From the NCBI RefSeq assembly GCF_018977255.1, contig NW_024704743.1, positions 82,896,001 through 82,960,000 of the forward strand: a DNA stretch of 64,000 nt. Reading direction: 5' to 3'. A program made the translations under genes and the position numbers. Of the stretch, positions 46,673 through 58,149 are shown piece by piece. This stretch comes from Callorhinchus milii. Lineage: Eukaryota. The notes below the pieces were generated by a model. That model saw only the letters and a program-made list of their open reading frames with translations, did not search any database and was not told the origin of the DNA. Each line of letters opens with the position of its first letter. Position 1 is the stretch's first letter.

Positions 46673-47055
46673 GGCAGCTTGGCTCAGTTGGTAACACTCT
46701 TGCCTCGGAGTCAGAAGGTGGTGGATTCAAGTCCATTTCAGGGCTTTGAACTCTAGGCTGATACTCCAATGCACCGCTGAGGTTGTAGTGCATTGTTGGA
46801 GGTGCCATCCTTTACATGAGACATTGAACCAAGGCCTGTTCAAGTGGAAGTTAAAGATCCATGGCATTTGGCAAACAATTCCCCAAATAAAAATGGATTA
46901 TTCACAGCATGGCTATTGTGAGATGTTGCTGTGTGCAAAGTGACTGCCGTGTTTACCTACAAATATTCAGTCACTCCACTTCACAGTAACATCCTGTTAA
47001 GAGTTTGAGACATTTTGATGGCGTGATAAGGCCAAATGCAAGGACTATTATTATA
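46673..47055 (+). mobile_element. Near full-length SacSINE1-like DeuSINE
   Basis: GGCTCAGTTGGTAACACTCTTGCCTCGGAGTCAGAAGGTGGTGGATTCAAGTCC head, Deu-like domain and tail. Confidence 0.82.
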
Positions 47056-47146
47056 ACTTGGTTAAAACACAGTTACACAGTTACAGTTTGGATGTGCATT
47101 CATTGAACTGAGTGGAGGGAGCATGCGGGTTAGTAGGGGGTTAGGA

Positions 47147-47302
47147 GGTCGCAATTCTCATACTAAAATGGCAGACTTCTGGTCCATTAGGTGACCACCG
47201 ATGTCACTTCATTTGTGCTGTGTGTGTGCAGCGGCAAAGGAAATGACATTGGTGGTGAACTGATGATCAGCAGATGGCCATATTCTAGTGTGGGCGCTGA
47301 CC
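47147..47302. mobile_element. Imperfect palindrome of about 155 bp, probable MITE relic
   Basis: ACCACCGATGTCACTTC pairs with GAAATGACATTGGTGGT; outer arms CTCATACTAAAATGGC and GCCATATTCTAGTGTGGG. Confidence 0.65.
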
Positions 47303-47767
47303 AGCACAGAATTTGTTCGTTTTGTCGCATTTGAAATTTATAGAATACAAAATTGATGATGAACTGGACTTTGAAAATGTGTTGTTCTGTACAGAACTAA
47401 TATCCTGCATGTGAATACTGAATTCAATAACATAGACAGAATTTGTTATCATTTACTGGCTAAAAATCTGGGCAGTAAAATATACTGCAAATTCAAGTTA
47501 AAGCAAGCGAAAATATTAAACATTTAACAATTAGTTTGCTCTGTGGCTTCTGTAATATTGGTGCATTCCTGAATTTGGTATTCTTAAAGGAGATTTTTCC
47601 TTTAACTTTGCTTTTATTTATACAGTAATTTGATATTTTCTGCACTGTATTTTTATAACAATTAATGAGAATTCACTGGACAGTACTATCTCATAGCTAA
47701 TTTACCAACTTCCCTATATTCATCCTAAGCAGTGATTCAGATTGGAACCATAGTAGTCTGTTTAGTA

Positions 47768-47801
47768 CAGTACCGTCTGAAGTCAGTACCGTCTGAAGTC
47801 A
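47768..47801. repeat. Perfect 16-bp tandem duplication
   Basis: CAGTACCGTCTGAAGT x2. Confidence 0.9.
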
Positions 47802-47994
47802 ACATCTTTTAAAAGTCCCAAATACAAAAGACAAGTACAAATGAGAATGATTCTTACACATGCCTCTGAAAACAGCAATAACAAGTACTTAATTACAAGA
47901 TCCCCTAAGTTACAACTCTTTACCAGACTGGACGCTACAACAAATTTGCTGCTAAACTCTTAATCGTGTCTACATAAGTGACTTCATTTCCCAC

Positions 47995-48245
47995 ACCGGC
48001 CATGTTTATGATTGAGAGCCTATCTGATTGAGATTGGTAATCCGGTGCTGCAACATGCAAAACAGCTGGCATTGTGAATTGAGGGCCCAGGCACAATGGA
48101 AATTGGATCGAGGCTCTGTGGCCTTGTTCCACAGAGGTCTCATGAGGACAGGAGATAGGGGAATTTTTCATCCCACCGCGCTGAGCTGGATTGGCACTCA
48201 GGCCTCAGATATAAAAAGACAACACACTGTCACTAAATTTCTGGG
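47995..48245 (-). mobile_element. LF-SINE-like element
   Basis: Reverse strand shows a tRNA-like head (CTGAGTGCCAATCCAGCTCAG) followed by blocks collinear with the LF-SINE consensus as I recall it. Confidence 0.45.
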
Positions 48246-48894
48246 GCATAAAGTATTCAGCAAGTGAGATTGACAATATTTTGTTGTCTTCAAGCTGTGC
48301 CTTCTACTGTGCACCAGCTGGAAGCAGTGTGATGGCAAAAGGTGTTTCAAGGTTGAAAATACAGGGACACAAAGGATACCAAAAAAGAAAATAAGTAGCG
48401 TGGTGTGGACATGCTCTTTGGAATGAGAAAGATGTACTAGAAGGGATCATTAGAATGAGAATTAATTGGGAGCATAACACACCATTTTCAGTGGCTGCTT
48501 TACAATTGGAATCTTCTCTGAAATACAGTTTTGCTTCAGTGACAAATCAAAATAGACACACAGTAATACACACAGTTTAACTTTCGCAATTGATGTGTCC
48601 TGATCAATTTGCTTAAAACACAGTTATCATTCAAGCGCACTGTGCAACTGCAGGTGTAAATATTGCAGACTAGAATTATTCAGATAAAGTTCACAAAATA
48701 TTCCCCCCCACCCACCTTCAACACTCCAGAAAAGTTATTCTCTGCTGGTTGATAAATTTATCACCTTAAGTGCAATAAATATATTTTCATCATCATGAAA
48801 TTTTAGGATTTACTGAAGAATTTCCACAGTAATTTGCATTGTTGAAAATGTAAACCTTGCTTGATCTGCTGCATGGATTAACTCTGTGCTCATG

Positions 48895-49222
48895 TGTTGG
48901 TGTATAAAATGTTAAATGGGATTGAAAAAGTTAACCCAGAACAATTCTTTAGGATGCACCAGGACAGTAAAAGAAGAGGATATGGGTTTACAGTTCCAAA
49001 GGACAATTTCAAGATGGATACCAAGATGTTTTTCTTTACCCAGAGAATAATTAATGCCCAGATCAGGTTGCCAGGAGGAGTGATTGAGGCTACGACACTG
49101 ACTCATTTTTAAAAACAGCTTGGTGAAACTGTGATGTGAGATTTGTCAGGTGGATATTCTGGAAGGATGAGATCAGATGGACTGTAGGACCTTCTTCATT
49201 CAAACCATTCGTACGATTTTGT
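48895..49222 (+). mobile_element. CR1 LINE 3' end
   Basis: VYKMLNGIEKVNPEQFF...RRGYGF...FFFTQRIINA...LPGGVIEATTL, followed by 3' UTR. Confidence 0.85.
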
Positions 49223-49636
49223 GAGTCTGCATTGTGAGTCTATATGTTCATATGAGAGTAAGCAAACGGTTATTTAAACTATGCTGGATCAATTCTTGCA
49301 TCCTAAATTGCTTGTTCTTGCTGCTCTAGCTTCTTCTTTTGGTCCCCTGGAGATTTGAGAAAAGTTCATAATAGTTTGCCTAAGGCATTAATTTCTTGAA
49401 CATTTAAACATATTTGATTAAAAAAACTATTACAGTGTGCATGATCAATTCCTTTCTGTGCTCTGAGATGCTACCTTGCGTGGAGGGCACTATGTAAATG
49501 CAAGTTGTTGTTTTTGTTGTTTTCTAAATAATATTATTTCAATTATTAGAATTTTGACGTGTTCCAACAAAATGTTCTTATTGAAGAGATTATAAAATGC
49601 TTGTGCCAATCATGGGGCAATACTGAGTTTGTTTTA

Positions 49637-49752
49637 TAATAATAATAACCTTGCATTTGATATAGCGCTTTTCACATCTTCGAGACGTCTCAAAGCCCTT
49701 CGCAGAATATACTGTAAAGTGAATTAATTGACTGTATATTTGTGGGTGAAAC
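49637..49752 (-). mobile_element. DeuSINE-type SINE 3' part
   Basis: Reverse complement of the family tail. Confidence 0.82.
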
Positions 49753-50735
49753 GCATAACTCAGTCATTGCATTTATGACTGAGAAATAATTTACATGTCA
49801 CAATAGTGCAAATGTGCAAAATGTTAAATCGATATCCTACCTTTCTGTTTGGGTGAACTTTCCTCCCCTAATTCTCTAAGTTGAAAATTCGCAGCTAAAT
49901 TGAAAATTCTGAAGTAGAATCTTCTTCAGTTAATACTGATTTGAAGATAGTACGTACTGCTGATGTCGCTCAACTGATATGTTTAGTGCAGGGGTGGGGG
50001 TCAAGTAGGATATCTTCATATACACACGAATGAACCCACTTTTGAAGATAACATGTAAACTGGAAACATTAATAGCAAATGTACGTAGTGAGAAAGGAAA
50101 CGCTGCCAGCTCACACTTAGGGAAAAAGTGAAAGACTTTACTTTAAAAGTCTTCAGATTCAGTGTGATTATTGCTAGCTTGCTGGAGAACTTCAATAGTC
50201 CCCGTTACAGATGCGAGTTGCTTCACTCCAGACACTTCCACTGATGTGTCAATAACTTTTTTTTAATTTAACAGCATTTATCAAAATACCCGTTGTATAA
50301 ATCAGTAAGTAGACAGTCATTATAACATACTTATTGGAAAGCAGCCAGATAGACCATTATAAAGTGGCAGTGTTATAAACAAGACTTCAATTCCATTGCT
50401 CTCAACTTTTTCAAAAAAAATTCCATCTGCTTGGTATCCAGAGACATTTTTAAAGGAGCTCTTTTTATTGTCCTGCTGTTTTGTCCTCTGAGAACCATTA
50501 CAGCATTCAAATCCCATTAAATTCAGATTTTAGAAAGTACTGCATGCCGTTACCAGGGGTGAGTGGCTGGTGGACAGAGATTCCAACGGGAGGCGTGATC
50601 TGGCCTTGATTCAGCATTTTAAAGTGGCTTCTTGAAGATTCAAAAGCTAGCAGATGACAGCTTGGTCTCTAGAATTTGGTTGATTGACTGACTGATTCTC
50701 AAGTCCTGGATACATTTTACTTGGCAATCATATTA

Positions 50736-51393
50736 AGCTGGACTATGGGAACTCTCTCCTCGCCGGCCTTCCCGCCACCTCCCTCCACAAGCTGCAGGTC
50801 ATTCAGAACTCTGCAGCTCGTGTACTGTCCCGCACCAGGCTTCGGGACCACATCACTCCCACCCTCGCTCGCCTCCACTGGCTCCCCATCCCCCAGAGGA
50901 TTGATTTCAAGATCCTCATCCTCACCTACAAGGCCATTCACGGCCTCGCTCCCTCCTACCTCTCCAACCTACTATCCCCCTACCTACCTGCCCGTACCCT
51001 CCGTTCCTCTGGCTCCGGTCTGCTCCACGTCCCCCGCCCCAATCGCCCTACCATCGGTGGTCGGGCCTTCAGCCTCTCAGCCCCCAGGCTCTGGAACTCT
51101 ATCCCCCAGTGCCTTCGCCGCCTCCTCCCTTTCCTCCTTCAAGGCTGGTCTCAAAACTTTTCTCTTTGACCGAGCCTTCAGCTCCCCTCTCGACTCTCTT
51201 CCCACTCCTCGCTCCCTCCCTTCCCTCCCCTCACCCTGACCATTTCCCCCCTCCTCGCTCCCTCCCTTCCCTCCCCTCACCGTGACCATTTCCCCCCTGC
51301 TCGGGTCATGACCCAACTGTGCAGCGCCTTGGGACGTCCTCCTGACGTGAAAGGCGCTTTATAAATGGAATCTTGTTGTTGTTGTTGTTGTTG
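50736..51393 (+). mobile_element. Young L2 LINE, 5'-truncated, (TTG)n tail, 46-bp tandem duplication in the 3' UTR
   Basis: LDYGNSLLAGLP...KLQVIQNSAARVL...LARLHWLPIPQRIDFKILILTYKAIHGLAPSYLS; CpG-rich; duplication at 51205-51250 and 51251-51296. Confidence 0.95.
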
Positions 51394-51794
51394 AGCTAGA
51401 CTAAGCAGCTAAAAAGCAGGTAACTGAGTTCTGGCCTTGTTCTCTGGATCATTTCTTCTTTTGTATTGCCTGATAGTTTTGTACAGATTTCTTATCACCT
51501 TTACCTATAACATCTCTTTCTGCTCAATAAAAAGTAATTCCTCTGATCTAATGTGTTCATTCATTCTGTTTTCAAGGAGTGAGCAGTCCTTTCAGTCTTC
51601 CTGTAATTATGCAATTGCTTTGCTTTATTCTTTTTTGTTTATTGTTTGAAAATTTAATCATACTTCAAATCATCCAAAAAGTTGTCTCTTGATTAAGTCC
51701 CACATCAAGTACTCGGAGACTTTCTTGTTTATGTCCTTGTTGTTATTCTTGTTGTTGTTCTTGAAAGAAACCAGCCACATCATGGCAGAACATC

Positions 51795-51904
51795 CAGGGG
51801 GTGAGTCGAAGGGTCGTGGACCCAAAAGGTTGACTCACTTTCCTTTCTTTATAGATGCTGCCTGACCTGATGAGTTTTCCCAGCTCTCTCTCTCTGTTTT
51901 TGTT
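51795..51904 (+). mobile_element. 110-bp Penelope-like terminal fragment with a 13-bp TSD
   Basis: ATGGCAGAACATC at 51782-51794 and 51905-51917; insert GAAGGGTCGTGGACCCAAAAGG...TAGATGCTGCCTGACCTGATGAGTTTTCCCAGC. The Penelope assignment comes from my recollection of shark repeats. Confidence 0.65.
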
Positions 51905-53554
51905 ATGGCAGAACATCTGTTTTGAGATGGATACAGATCAGTATCTAATCATAGTCTTTTGATAAGGTTTTCAACTGAGATTCCGCCTGCTTTTTCAGGT
52001 GGATGTGACATGAAAGATCCGATGACACTATTTTAAAAGGGAAGACAGTTTCTTTAGCACTCTGAGACACCACCCTACATGAAGGGCGCTATATAAGTGC
52101 AAGTTGTTGTTGTTTTCTCAGTGTTGTGACTAAACAATGCTCCGTAAATGTCTTTGGTGCCTGTCATCCAAGCATGACATGTATATCTGGAATTGTTATA
52201 CCACAGAAGGGTACCACTTTTCAAAGCAAGAGGCACTTTCTGCCTGAAAGGATTCCTTCTGCCAGAAGCAAGCCATATAGCCATGTGCCTGGGGCTGAGT
52301 AAGATGAGAAAAATGTAATGATATAGTTTATCCATTAGATGGAGTGCTCAGATCTTGTGTTATAATCTGAGTTATAGTGACAATGATTTGTTCAATAAAG
52401 TTGGTGAGGATGGCTTACGCAGTAAGAATGGATTATTGCACAAACAGAAGCAGCAAAACCTTAACCCTATCCCCAGGATGGCTTGGAAAGAAAGTCTCTT
52501 ATTTCTGTGGTCTAACTTTCTGTAAACCACATATTCCCGTAGCATCGAGAACTCATTCTGGGGCCACAAGACTCCATATAAAGAGTCCAGACATCCAGTG
52601 CTAAATTAGCATGGTGAATGCAAGAAGCCCAGTAACCATCCTCACCACATTACAATCACTTAGAAGTGACTCTACCTCTCCAGATCCACTTGGTTACCAG
52701 TGTGAAGGGCGACTACCTTCAGCGCTTGTGATCCTATATAGAGACATCATAATAGATTCTCATGTCATCAAGACGATAGATTTGGCTGCTTTTTTACATT
52801 TTCACTTGCAATTTCCCCAAATTTATGACGACATCTTAGAATCTCCCATCCAGAGATATCTTTTCAACCATTGCAGTGAGGAGTCAGCTAAGTTCAGATC
52901 TATTGAGGAGGTTCCCACAAATTAGTTCCTGATGCTTTGTATTCCATACAAAAGTCAGGTCACCGTGCCTAGTATCGAAAAAGACGAGTGAAAATGGCCA
53001 CTTTGCTCAAACATTCCGGCAGAATGCCTGGGGAGATATGTTTGCTGAAATCTCGAAAGAGACTGCTTTAATTTGTGGCAAATTGTTCAACAGTTTGGGA
53101 ACTTGTTAGGTTTCTCATTCAGAGAAAGAATTATCCAGATTTCAACCCTAACCACATTGTATCTCTCCCATTTTGTTCATGAAATAAAATTTGTGATATA
53201 ATTTAAAGGCTTCCTTAACTTATTTAAGAAAGACTTTAAGGAACACCACGTAGCACCCCTCCCCGGTAAGTGATGTCTTTCTCTCAGGGTCCTAGCACTG
53301 CCATGTTGTATTTCTTAGACCCATTTAGTTTTCAAAATTTAGGCCCTATATTGGGATCCAGTGTTGTCTTCCCTGGGTGGGTCTGCCTACGAGCGTGAAA
53401 GTGATCAAATGATCATGAGAAGTTAATTTTTTGGTGTAAGAGAGCTCTGATTTTACTCTTCTCAAGATACCAACATCAAGATCCTATCCAGTCCATCAAA
53501 TCCTTTCATAATCTTTTCCCACTCTTTCTCTGGAATCTCTTCCAGCTCTTTTCC

Positions 53555-53915
53555 TGCCTTAATTTTTCCAATGCATTCCTCCCCAGCTTCATTATTAACA
53601 AGGTTCAAATGATTCAAACCTCTGCTACTCGTGTCCTCACCCATACCAGGCTCTGCACCTCCATCACCCCAGTTCTTGTCATGCTCCAATGCCTCCCTGT
53701 TACAGAATGGATTGATTTCAAGATGCTCATTCTCACTTTTAAATCTCTTCACACCCTTGCACCTTTCTATCTCGCCAATCTGCTCACTACCACACACCTC
53801 TACCCGCAACCTTTGCTCAGCTGGCATGGGTTAAAAAAACCCTGACTGTCCAGCACTCTGGGACATCTTTCCGACGTGAAGGGTGCTTTACAAGTGTAAT
53901 TTGTTGTTGTTGTTG
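53555..53915 (+). mobile_element. L2 3' fragment
   Basis: IQTSATRVLTHTRL..SITPVL..LQCLPVTEWIDFKMLILTFKSLH.LAPFYL; L2 terminus and (TTG)n. Confidence 0.85.
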
Positions 53916-54310
53916 TCTGCACATCCCTCTTCCACTCCTCCACAATTGATGGCCATACTTTCAGCCACTAAAATATTAATAATAATCCTTGCATTTGATG
54001 TAGCACCTTATCACGTCTTTGAGACGTCTCAAAGCACTTCACAGGATACACTCTAAAGTGTAGTGACTGTATATTTTGTGGATGAAACATGGCAGCCAAT
54101 TGCGGGCAGCACTATGCCCAGAATCGCTGGAACTCCTTGCCTTAATCCCGCCATCTTGCCCCCCCCCCCTTTGCCCAAATTACACCTGAAGAATTAGTCT
54201 TCGACCATAACTTCAGGCACCTCCCCTCTCTTTACAGCTCAGCATCAAACAGCACTGTTGTTAAATGCTCTAAGACACTATCCTCATTACGGGAATATAT
54301 AAATGTATAT
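53916..54310 (+). mobile_element. Old L2 3' fragment interrupted by a SINE
   Basis: GATGGCCATACTTTCAGCCACTA [SINE] GCACTATGCCCAGAATCGCTGGAACTCC. Confidence 0.6.
53975..54103 (-). mobile_element. DeuSINE-type SINE 3' part nested in L2
   Basis: Reverse family tail; CACTA on both sides. Confidence 0.8.
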
Positions 54311-54924
54311 AAAAGTCTCCACTCCTTCTAGCTTACCATTGGTGACTAAGCTACTGTTCTCTAAAATCGTTTTCCCAAAATGTGTTTATTTTGTGCTTCT
54401 CTCCCTGCTTTCAGAACTCTCTTTTTAAAAAAAATCTACCATTGAAGTTGGTCAACATCCTTCAACTTCCTTTCTTTCTGTTCCTGTTAAGCAATCTCTA
54501 ATTTGCTTCATTTTATATCAAAGTGATATATGAGTGTAAATTCTTATTGAATAATCTGCACATCATTCTAGCCCATTTATAGCTATAGCATTTATATTTG
54601 GATGTTTATCTCTGTTTAGAAAATAGATTGATGTATCTAGGCTAGAAGCTTCCAAAGATGGCTGTTCAGCAAGATACCACCATATTTCAAATCATTGCTT
54701 CTCTTTGGGTTTTCAAGCCTGTACGCATGTGGGGTCGAAGCAAAACGTAAAGAGTATATCTGAACCGGGATTTGGGTTAGGGTTAGCATAATCTGGATAT
54801 TGGGTTGGAAAAGCCTTTGATGGAGAAAACCACAGTGGAAACTACACAAGTGCCAGATAAGTGCTCCAGGAACACAAAGTGTCTCTATCGGAAGAACAAT
54901 CGATAGTTTTCTTGAATCCGAGTT

Positions 54925-55262
54925 CTTGTGGATCAGCATCATGGACTTGAGGTTCCTTGCACAAGATGCACTTTCTGACCTACTTACTCCCCCATCCGTT
55001 GCCTCCGCTCGACTGAGTTCGGCCTCCTGCATGTCTCTTGTGCCCTCCATTCCACCATCAGCGGCCACACTTTCAGCCACTATGCCCCGAAACTCTGGAA
55101 CACTCTTCTGTCGTTCCACCTTACCCCTTCTTTCCCCATCTTCAGGTCGTTCCTGAAGACCTTCCTCCCCACCAGCTCGGCCTCATGCTCTGCCACTGGC
55201 AAGCACTCTGGAATGCTACCCTGCATTCGAGGTGCTATATAAATGCTAGTTGTTATTGTTGT
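54925..55262 (+). mobile_element. L2 3' fragment
   Basis: CACCATCAGCGGCCACACTTTCAGCCACTATGCCCCGAAACTCTGGAAC; terminus GGTGCTATATAAATGC. Confidence 0.78.
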
Positions 55263-55544
55263 GGTTAGTTATGTCTTGGAGGTTCTTTTTTGTGGCCTGC
55301 TCCATTTACACTGCAGTATTTCTCAAAGTGTTCTATTTCAATCCCAATGCATCACCAACTAATCCACTTCCTCATAATCCTCAATGCTGTATCCCTTCTA
55401 TGAGAATGTGCAGGTGCATTGCAATCCACTTGCACTTGTTATTCCACTGTTTGCTGTGGCAGTTTGTGTGATACTAGATGCAAGACGCTGTCAGAACTTT
55501 AAAGCTAATTCTCCTTGCTCAGTGGTCTCCAAATCAGTCATAAT

Positions 55545-55796
55545 GGGGTCTAATTTGCCAGATTTGCAACATGATTTGTAAATAGCGGATCCTGCAGGTA
55601 CCCAGATGTGTCTTAAAGAACTCCAGGGATGTTGATCTCCTGCCAGGAGCCTCCTTTGGCCACAATCCAGCTTTACTGAGGTAGAAAGTGAATTTGACGT
55701 TCGAGTGAGTTCAAGAGGGCCAGATGAAGACACATCAGGTAGCTGTAGGATTCGTTATTTACAAATTCTTTTGTGAATCTCCAATTTAAACTCCCC
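55545..55796. mobile_element. MITE with TIRs of about 70 bp (GGGG...CCCC termini, PIF/Harbinger-like)
   Basis: ATTTGTAAATAGCGGATCCTGCAGGTACCCAGATGTGTCTT (55574-55614) is inverted at 55727-55766; the arms extend to GGGGTC at the left end and CTCCCC at the right end. Confidence 0.75.
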
Positions 55797-56206
55797 ACGT
55801 AATTGTTGGTGGAAACACACCATGAATATGAGGTAATGCAAGTACACCTATGTAGCAGCAGAGTAGAATTAATTATATCTAAAATTCACCCACATCACTG
55901 CAATTGTTCGAAATGTGCTTCTAGATCCCACTAGACGAGCAGACAGTAAAGTAAAATGCAGTCAATCATACAATGCTTGAAGACCAGAATACTCTTGTGC
56001 AGGGAAAAACAGTTCGGACAATTGTCTGACATTTTGTTGTGTCATTATAGTAACAAAACACCTTTCGGATATTCACAAAGTGGAATGGATGCTTGTTCTG
56101 AGATCTGTGGGCAACAGGATAGAAGGATGAGCAGATGGAACGCAGACACAATCTTGAGCAGCAGCTTGGTTCGTAGATGAAACATTATTTGTCCCCATAG
56201 TAATAC

Positions 56207-56359
56207 TGGGACACTGCTGTACAGAATTGGCTGCCGCGTTTCGCCCACAAATATACAGTCAATTCACTTTACAATATATTCTGTGAAGCGCTTTGAGATG
56301 TCTAGAAGACATGAAAAGCGCTATATCAAATGCAAGATGTTATTATTTATTATTATTAT
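56207..56359 (+). mobile_element. DeuSINE-type SINE 3' half
   Basis: TGGGACACTGCTGTACAGAATTGGCTGCCGCGTTTCGCCCAC... followed by the family tail. Confidence 0.88.
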
Positions 56360-57027
56360 CAAATAATCTATAACTCAAAGAAAGTTGGTTAGGTATCATT
56401 TTGTCTTATTTTGGGAGATATTAATCCTTCCCTGATCCGACCAAGAAATTTGTTTTCAAAAGACCTGGGAGCATTGAAGAATGCCTTTACTTTGTCAATA
56501 TTATTTTCTTTACAAGGAAGGTGTTCAAATGCAAAAGGGCCAGCAGGTGAAAGTAATACCCAGTTTGGGTCTCATAGGAATACTGAGGTGCCTTGAGGAA
56601 GAGGAATCAAGGCCTTGGAACTACAGTCACTTACCCTATCAGCAGGGTCAGTAATTAACCAGTAAATAGCAATGGTTCAGAAGGAATCCCTAAATGACAC
56701 ACAAGAAACAATGGGAAGAGCCATTCATCTCTGTTGAATTCCTTCTTTTTGTGAGAATGATTACTGATTCACTGAATACAGAAATGACATTCATAAATCT
56801 TCTCATACTGTCTGCCCCAAGGCCATCCCTAACATTCCTCATCTGAACACTTAAGAAACTGTAGTAACTTTTCCAACTGCTTTTGGGTTGGGTATGTATA
56901 ATGAATGATGTAAACAGTTTATAAACTAACCAGAGCTGTGTATTTATTTACAGGTGGTCGAGTGTACCACCTCCTGTAATAGTAGAGATGGCTATTACAG
57001 CTGTCCCCCCAACTCCTATTTGTGGCA

Positions 57028-57396
57028 TAATATAATAATAATTCTTGTATTTAATATAGCACCTTATCATGTCTTCGAGACATCTCAAAGCGCTTCACAG
57101 AATATGCTGTAAAGTGAATTGACTGTATATTTTGTGGCCGAAATGAGGCAGCCAATTGCACACAGCAAGGTCCCACAAACAATCGTGGATTAAGTGAACA
57201 ATTAGCATTTTTTTTGAAGGAATTATTACCCCCGGAAAGTGATCCGCCAATCGCCTAGCAGCTGGGTTCCTACTTACTGTTGGTAAACAGAGGCATGTGG
57301 AGTAAGGAAACTTGCTCAACATTTCGTCCTGCCGGGAATCAAACCCAGGTCTCTCGCTTGCGAGGGAGTGCTCTAACCAGTGAGCTACAGGACTCC
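57028..57396 (-). mobile_element. Full-length DeuSINE-type SINE (younger family)
   Basis: Reverse complement is collinear with 8555-8930 over its whole length. Confidence 0.9.
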
Positions 57397-57439
57397 ACTC
57401 CAGAGCATTGTTAATATCTGTTGCAATAGCAATGTATTT

Positions 57440-58052
57440 AGCCAATCTTTCCCCAGTGTTCGTAATAATTTATTAATTCTTCTGTACCCTCCTTCTCCAA
57501 CCTCTCTTTCCTTTCCAAGGTCCTGGAACAAGTCATTGCTTCCTAGCTTCGCTCCTTCTTTTCCTGCCACTCCCTTCACGAACCCCTCCAATCGGGTTTT
57601 CATGCTGCCATTAACACAGAAACAGCCTTGGTCAAAGTGACAAACGACATTCTGACGCCTACTCGTCCTCCTTGACCTTTCTGCTGCCTTCGATACCGTT
57701 GACCACTTTATCCTCCTCCACCGCCTCTCCTCTCACCTCAACCTTCAAGGTTCTTGAATGGATCAGATCCTAACTCTCACACTGTCTCCACTTCATCTCC
57801 ACAAACTTCTTCTCCTCTAGCCCCTACACCATCTCGTGTGGAGTTGCTTATGGCTCTGTCCTTGTTCCCTCCTTTTCAATATCTACATGCTCCCTCTTAT
57901 TGACATCATCCGCAGACATGGGGCCAATTTCCACATGTATGCGGATGACACCCAACTCTTATCTCTCTGCCTCCACCCTCAACTCCCGGACCACTGCTGT
58001 CCTGACAGAATGTCTGTCAGACATCAAGTTCTGGATGAGAGCAAACTTTCTA
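57440..58052 (+). mobile_element. L2 LINE RT-domain fragment (decayed)
   Basis: QSGF...TETALVKVTNDIL, LVLLDLSAAFDTVDH.ILLHRL, LFNIYMLPL.DIIRRHG.NFHMYADDTQL. Confidence 0.92.
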
Positions 58053-58149
58053 CAATGCCTTCTCTTTCAATTGCTGCTGGCTTTGTGGCAATGCTGCTTC
58101 CAAGATGGTGGGTTGGGAGGTCCGGGATTTTGATCCAGTGTTGATGGCA

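Noticed and set aside
54773..54786. Interstitial telomeric repeat GGGTTAGGGTTAG
   Set aside because: Only two units, which is expected by chance.
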